This document shows, one piece after another, positions 57,140 through 64,000 of a stretch of 64,000 bases of DNA. A program made the position numbers and the translations under genes. The stretch is from positions 100,502,001 through 100,566,000 of the forward strand of contig OZ024746.1 in the NCBI GenBank assembly GCA_964016885.1, in the 5' to 3' direction. The DNA comes from Eledone cirrhosa (taxonomy: Eukaryota). Below the pieces are notes generated by a model. The model had not been told where the DNA came from. It worked only from the letters and a program-made list of their open reading frames with translations, and made no database searches. Positions within the stretch are counted from its first letter, which is position 1; every line of letters starts with the position of its first letter.

Positions 57140-57270
57140 TTAGAATTGATTCCAGTACTAAACTGGTACTTTTTTTATCGACCTTGAATGGATGAAAGGC
57201 AAAGTTGGCCTTGGCGGCATTTGAACTCTGAGCCAGAACATTCTAATGACTCTACCAATTCGCCACCTCT
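57140..57270 (-). mobile_element. SINE family B
   Basis: ACTGGTACTTTTTTTATCGACC...GGATGAAAGGCAAAGTTGGCCTTGGCGGCATTTGAACTC. Confidence 0.8.
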
Positions 57271-57867
57271 GGTTCATACAATACAAAACATTAAACACTA
57301 ATTCTTCTTTGTTGAAACTCTTTCACTAATGTAGAGAAATAACATTGGTTATTTTGAGCCTTTTTTTAAATAACTTCTTCAAATGAGAAAGAGTAACAGA
57401 CATGACTATTTTCAGAGTCTTTGACTAGTGGGATAAAGTTATTCTCAGACTAGAGGTATCCAAGAATAAGTGTATTCCTTCTGACAGATTTCTACAGCTT
57501 TATTCTACCAAATATCACTCACAGGATTTTGGTTGATTCTTGACTGCTGTAGATCAAACTCGGAAATATAGAGTTGTGAACCATTGAATTAAATTTACAA
57601 ATTTACAACAGCTGTTTGCAGTTATGTTCTATTTTAATTGGAGAAAATAACTTTTTTTTTTTTTTTTTTTAGTGTTTTATCTATTTAAAATGTTTTATAC
57701 CAGTATGTATCATCGTGTATGTAATCAAATCGATGCACAAAATATTGCAGTTGAGATTTTAATATTTACAATTGAATTCTGAGCTTTTGTGTGATATCTC
57801 AATCTAAAGAGAACAGGAGGGGTTATTTGATATTAATATTTAGATATCACATAGAAATAAACTCAGG

Positions 57868-58262
57868 ATAATGATTTCTAATATAGGCACAAAGCCAGCA
57901 ACTTTAGTGGGAGTGTTATCAAATCGTATCAACCTCTGTCATTGACTGCTACTTTATTTTATCGACCCTGGACGGATGAAAGGTAAAGTTGACTTCAGCA
58001 GGATTTGAACTATATACCAACACTGTGATTCTGCCAATTTGATAATGGTTTGATTTAGGCACAAGGTCAATAGTCTTGAGGGGAAGAGAAAGTCAATTAA
58101 ATTGACTTCACTGTGTTACTAGTATTTTATTTTATCAAACCCGTAGTGATGAAAGGCCAAGCTAACCTCAGCATGATTTGAACTCGGAACGTAAAGGGGT
58201 GTAACTCTATGCTGCAAAGTATGTTGTCCAATGCTCTACTGATTATGCCAATCTACTGCCTT
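57868..58262 (-). mobile_element. Two tandem SINE family B copies
   Basis: Family core at ~57950-58012 and ~58120-58190; an opposite-orientation fragment follows at ~58440-58530. Confidence 0.8.
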
Positions 58263-58811
58263 TGTGCTCAGGATATTAATGGAAATAGTTAATATATGTA
58301 ATACTACAATCCTTTATCTGATAAGCATTGATTCTATACAATGTCATTATTTCTTTACAATCTTACATGAAACTAACTTATAAAGAAAAAAATCAGTCAA
58401 CTTGAATAGACTATTCATACTTTTTATGGGATGAAAAACAAATTGGCAGCTATTAGAGCATCAAACAAAATAGTTGTCAACTTTGCCTTTCATCCTTTCA
58501 AGTTCAATAAAATAAAATGTCAATCTAATCCACGTTGGTGGAATTGTTGCAGCATTGGATGAGCTACCTTGCAGTATTTATTTTGGTGTTATACATTATA
58601 CTGTGTCTTATGTGAGTGGTAGACTTAATCCATTGCCTGGTTTAACACCACCACCACTTGAGGTTTGGGTACCTTTATTTAGCAGAGCCCATTCTGTTGC
58701 AAGCATTCAAACTGCAACTCCAGTTTAGGGATACCTTCTTTTTGCCAATGAAAATCATAACTGCTGCTTTTCTTACTGATTAAGCAATAAATATTTTTTT
58801 AAATCAATCTT

Positions 58812-59005
58812 TTAACTCTTTAGCATTTAAACCAGCCATAATTCTCTCACTTGTTTCTGTTCAAACCAGCCCTAACTGGCCACTCATATCAATAAGGTAG
58901 TGTTCTCAAAATTAATAACATCAAAATCTCGTAGCTTCAATATTATGTCAGATAATTATGCGAGATAAAATACAATATTAAGTATAGAGTAATGTAAAGA
59001 GTTAA
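58812..59005 (+). mobile_element. TTAA/piggyBac-type MITE family 1
   Basis: TTAACTCTTTAGCATTTAAACC ... AATGTAAAGAG-TTAA. Confidence 0.8.
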
Positions 59006-59267
59006 AACTTTTGTGGTTTCTTTCTGTGAATGAATTTTCCTGTATCAGAAAAACACATTCAGCAATGTCTGTTTATGGTTCCTTCAGAGTGAAAATAATT
59101 TGTACTTTGATGTCTTGGTGTAAAATAATCTGTCTTGGCCTTCTTCGCTGCCCTAACTTTAAAATATATTAAACCTATTTGGAAAGGCATAAACACTACT
59201 ACTTTTCATTCTATAAATAAATTTGACACATCATTAGTAGTTGTAATACACAATAAAATCTATATTA

Positions 59268-59700
59268 GTATGGACATGTGATGCGTATGAAGGATGACAG
59301 CTGCATAAAAAGGTGCAGAGCACTAGAAGTCTATGGAAGCCGCGGAGTGGGGAGACCCAAGAAGACCTGGGATGAGGTGATAAGAGCCGACCTTACCCAA
59401 TTGCACCTCTCAAAGGCGATGACACACAACCGTGACCTCTGGCGTCACACAGTAATACAGAAAACTTGACTTCCCACGGGTACAAGCCGAAGCTGAAGCA
59501 TATAGGCACGGAAAAAAGCTCCCAGCACTCACTGTAAATGAGGTTGGTGTTAGGAAGGGCATCCAGCTGTAGAAATCAAGCCAGAATCAGTTCCTGTATG
59601 AGCAAGACAAAGTCAGTCGACTGGACACTGCCCACAACAGGACAACCCGTCTAACCCATGCTAGTGTGGAAGAACGGACATAAAACGGTGATGATGATTT
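59268..59700 (+). mobile_element. 5'-truncated RTE LINE: ORF C-terminus, 3' UTR and (GAT)n tail
   Basis: YGHVMRMKDDSCIKRCRALEVYGSRGVGRPKKTWDEVIRADL...RDLWR is the typical RTE C-terminus. Confidence 0.9.
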
Positions 59701-59867
59701 CATATTAGATTCAGTTCAAACTAAATAAATACACATACAGGAAAAAGAGAGCAGTATTGGGAAGCACTATAAATGCCATCAATGAGAGGAAAAGGAAGGG
59801 GAGAGGGTGACACTCCACAAAACTGCATTGCTAATGTTATGTAAAAAATGAGTATTACATCTTAGAG

Positions 59868-59940
59868 CAGGAACGTGCAACAGGTGGCCCACGGGCCACA
59901 ATCCGACATGCTAGACCAGTCAGACTGGCCCATGGTGACT
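59868..59940 (+). mobile_element. hAT-type MITE left-end fragment
   Basis: CAGG...GCAAC...TGGCCCACGGGCCACAATCCG resembles hAT/Charlie-type MITE termini; no matching right end seen. Confidence 0.4.
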
Positions 59941-60254
59941 GTTTTTAATTTTTACCTTGTAGGCTTATTTAGAGTTTTTTCCATAACTGCAATACAATTT
60001 TCTGTTAGTTGACCTAAAAGGCTTCACTGATAGGGTTATGTGTGTTATAATTTCCCAGTTCCATGTTATGAAAAGTTGTGTCCATGTTTTTATCTTTCCT
60101 AATTAATTGTATTAGGTGTTTAATAGAGCAATTAAAATTTGAGCTTATATATGTTTATATTTTTCTTTAAGATATGCCAGCTTATAAAATGTCTGACTGT
60201 ATGATACTTTTCCACTATTACTTTTTAGTCTTAATTTGTTACCTGGTAGCAGCC

Positions 60255-61845
60255 ACCATCATCATCATCATCATCATCATCATTTATCATTCATTTTTCC
60301 ATGTTAGCATGGGTTAGACAAATTGTTCAGGTGAGTCAAGCTAGATTGATTGACCGTGTCTTGCTCACACTGGACTGATTTGGGCTTGGTTTCTATAGCT
60401 GGATGCTCTTTCTAATGCCAACCACATTTACAGTGAGTACTGGGTGCTTTTTATCATGGCACCAAAACTTTACAGTGTGGGCTGGGTGCTTTTTGTGATG
60501 ACACCTACATGACCACTTTAGGGCCCTTATCAGGTGAGGGGTGTTAGGGAATTGGAGTTGTATGGAAAGGGGTGTAAGGGAGAGTAGTGCACATTGGATG
60601 TATGCTTCAACCTGTGAACATGGGAAGGCGGGTCTTCTGTATTACTGCATAACACCAGAGATCTTGGTACTGTCATCACTTTTGAGAGGTGCAATTGTGC
60701 AAGGTCAGCTTTTATCACCTCATCCCAAGTCTTCCTTCTCCATAGCTTCCATCAACTTTGAGTGCCTGCATCTTTTTATACAGCTGTCATCTGGCATACA
60801 CATCACATGTCCATACCAATACATTCTCCTCTCCTGCACATTGCATCTGATGCCTCTTATGCCCAGTTTCTCTGTTCAAATATGCTTTGCCGTTCACTTA
60901 TATTACTATTACACATCAATCGAAGCATGCCAGCTTCATTTCTTTCCAATCTTCACAGGTCCTCTGCACACAGTGCCCAGGTCTCACTACCATGTTACTT
61001 TGCTGTTCATATACACATATCATACAATCTGCCTTTCATTTTGAGAGAAAAACCTTTTGTAGCTAGCAGCGGTTGTAACTCCCTGAATTTTTTCCATCCC
61101 ATTCTCTCTCTGGCTACCATACTTTCGGCACACCCACCGCCACAGCTTATTTGGTCACCCAGTTAGCAGTTGTCAACTGCTTGTACAAAACCTTCCAAGA
61201 ATTTGATAACACTTGTTTCCTGTGAGTGTTTGTTACTTACTACTCCTGTGTGCCACAAGTAAAACCTACGTTCTTAGCTAACCTACCTGAGATCCCACTA
61301 CATCTTTTGTGTACCCATAGCGCACTGAGCAGGGCCATTTCCCAGAAGGGATCAGGGCCTTATTTTCCTTACTACTTACTAGAAGTTTGGTTTTTGCCAA
61401 GTTGACTTTAAGACCTTTTGATTCCAGGTTATGCTTCTTGGTCTGGAACTTTTTCTCTAGTTCTGTCATAGATTCAGCTATGATAGATCATCAGCATACA
61501 GGAGTTTCGAAGGGTATCCGGTTTTAAACTCTTCTGTTATAACCTAGAGGATGAAATATAAACAGAGCTAAGGATGAAACCTTGGTGGACCCCAACTTGC
61601 ACACTAAACTCATCGCTATACTCTAACTTTACTGACTACACCTCTGTACATGGTTTCTACCACCCTCGCTAGCCACTCTTTTACTCCTAGTTTCTCAAGT
61701 GCTCACCAGATTACAAAATGGAGGGAAAACTTGTCAAAAGCTTTCTCTGGGTCGATAAATGCTAAATAGTGGGGTTTACTTTTAGTTAGATTCTTCTCCT
61801 GCAATTGCCTCACAAGAGAGCATCTGTGGTATTTTTGCTGGCACA
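60255..61845 (-). mobile_element. Decayed 5'-truncated RTE LINE (RT, C-terminus, 3' UTR, (GAT)n)
   Basis: Minus peptides AFIDPEKAFD, VGVHQG, LLYADDL (~61485-61505), LESKGLKVNLAKTK, SGKWPCSV, RIGWKKFRELQPLL; many frameshifts. Confidence 0.92.
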
Positions 61846-63140
61846 TATTACTAGGGTCAATACTACATATGAACTACTTTTGCTAATTCAAGACCAAAAC
61901 TCCCTTTAAAGGTGTTCAGATCATGAGATTCAAGCAACAGAAAGAACTCATACAGCCTGAGTTGATCAAAGTCTTTCAGAACAATTTTAGACAATGCAGT
62001 GGGTCACACTGTTCGCTCTCCTGTGAAATGTAATGTAAAATGCCATTTTCTTTTCTTGTCTCTCCACCTTCCCGGTCCATCTCAATACTATTCTATAATT
62101 CTGTCAGGTTGTTCTAAATATTATTTGCTTATTACTGTTATATGCTTGTCCAATTATGCCCAAAATTTGAGGATTTTATTTAAACCTTCTCGTTTGTTTT
62201 TCTAAAATAACAATCTCGTTCGTTTAATTTTGGCCGAGTGGGTGTTGGACCTTTTCTATAAGCCAACATAGTGAGAGCTATAGACATGTTTCAATCTCAT
62301 TGTATCTCCTCAGAAAATTGGCTAGGCTAGAATGGCTAAATATACAGAGAAAAGGGGATTGTGTCAACAAAGGGTAGAAGCAAAAAGGCTATAAAGTATA
62401 TCCATATAGGTATGACTGGTTAAGGAGTCACATCACACACATTTTCATGTACAGTCCCACTGTATGGCACCCTACTATAGCTTCAGGTTGACCAATGTGT
62501 GCGTTTACTTTTTATGCCCTGTAACTTGGTAGTTTGATAAAGAGATGGATAAAATAATTACCAGTCTTAAAGAAATAAGTACTGGGCTTGATATGACTGA
62601 CTAAATCCCTTCAAATGACTGAAATGAATAAAAGAATAGTTTTGAATTTCCCCCTCTACCTTGAATCAACATAATTCATTTCTCCTTTCCTATTTGTATT
62701 TGACCGTTGTTTTCTTGCTTAAGTCAATGTACTTTTGCTGAGATCATCTAATAAGATTGAAACATGTCCATTTTGATCATCAGGTTTGCTTATAGACTAG
62801 GTCAACTCATACTATATTGCCTAAAATTGTTCTTAAAGGTAGTTTGTCTTAAAATTACAACAGTAGTTTTAATTGAAGTTTTTTTTTTCTATTTGCCATT
62901 AAGTTTTGCTTTCAAGAAAGTTTTGAAAATCTGAACATGGAGAAAAAAGTTTCCATTATTAAAATGGTAACCATATTGAATGTTAGACACAATTGAAGTT
63001 TAACCAAAACAGTATTTCGTATGTTGATTGAATTAGTCATAAGTACTATAGCTTTGGACTCAGTTTAACTCTTAGCACCTTATACTGCATGAAATTACAT
63101 TAGCATGACATTCTTGGGAACAACACTATAACTACATTAT

Positions 63141-63325
63141 TTTAGCCTTTACATTACTCTATATTTACTAATATATTTTCACGGTAAAGGCTTTATCTCA
63201 CATAATATCAAATCATTTTGAGAACAATACTTCATTGTCAGTATAAGCGGCTGGTTACAGCCAGTTTGAACAGGAGGTGAAAGAATTCTGGCCAGGTATG
63301 GCCAGTTTAAATGCTAAGGGGTTAA
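63141..63325 (-). mobile_element. TTAA/piggyBac-type MITE family 1
   Basis: Ends TTTAAATGCTAAGGGG-TTAA, the reverse complement of the family 5' end. Confidence 0.8.
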
Positions 63326-63504
63326 ATATTGAAATCTTTACTCCAATACTGCAAATGTTCAGTGATCTGTTCTCTAGTAAATGGAAGATATGGGGTTTCA
63401 GTTCCTCATAGTGGCCAATGTCAACTTCTTTTAAGGGTCTTCACCCTATTTTGTAAGCTATCTTTATAGCATTTCTATCTTTGAGCACTTTATATAGTCA
63501 TACA

Positions 63505-64000
63505 TCGTCATCATCATTTTTACATCCACTTTTCCAGGCTTATATGGGTTGGACAGGTCTTCAGCACAGCATCTCTCCACACATCACAATCCTTTGTCAT
63601 CACCTCTCTGAGTCTGTGATTTGAGGTCAGCTCGTACTCAAGTCTTACTTGGTCTACCTCTACTACACTTCCTTCCACTGGCATTTCTTGGCACTTCTTC
63701 ACTCAACGATCATTGTCCATGTGCATCACATGTCCAAACCAGCGCAGTCTTCTCTCCTATGCACTACCTTGAAGTCCTCTTAAACTCATCTTCTCCCTCA
63801 ACTCATCCAAGCTTTGCCTCTCTCACTTACATTGCACATCCAATGGAGCATGGTTGCTTCATTTCTCTTTAGTCTACACAGGCATCAGTCTTTCGTTTGT
63901 GGTCAACAGAGGAAGTAGCTCTCTGAATTTTGTCCATCTTATCCTTATTCTAGCTATTATGCTCTCAGAGCACCCTCCTCCATTGTTAATTATGTTGCCT
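63505..64000 (-). mobile_element. Decayed RTE LINE 3' portion, continuing beyond the window
   Basis: (CAT)n tail on +; minus peptides RRLRWFGHV, VKKCQEMPVEGS, MTKDCDVWRDAVLK. Confidence 0.88.

Noticed and set aside
59278-59469. Small host protein (63 aa)
   Set aside because: It is the C-terminus of an RTE LINE ORF.

Overview
Eukaryotic (animal) genomic DNA that is very AT-rich, repeat-dominated and contains a 200-N assembly gap (45889-46088). The repeat repertoire suggests a mollusc, most likely an octopus (inference): tRNA-head SINEs with CORE/Meta-type and Nin/Deu-type central domains, RTE LINEs with (GAT)n tails, and huge (TA)n-based arrays. None of the long ORFs in the track is a real protein; they are translated microsatellite or decayed transposon sequence. 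One convincing coding exon is present on + (56135-56251, Pro/Tyr-rich, phase 1-1). It could join a short phase-1 first exon at 24818-24836 (MSNQGK), giving an N-terminus reminiscent of DAZAP2 (tentative). That first exon lies in a CpG-retaining island (~23.3-25.4 kb) that looks like a bidirectional promoter and is bracketed by two ~6-kb interrupted (TA)n arrays. The rest is decayed RTE LINEs of at least two families, SINEs, TTAA/piggyBac-type, hAT-type and mariner-type MITEs, and Penelope-like termini carrying minimal hammerhead-ribozyme-like motifs, often in fold-back arrangement. No CRISPR, rRNA or bona fide tRNA gene is supported, and no clearly new biological system can be demonstrated from sequence alone.
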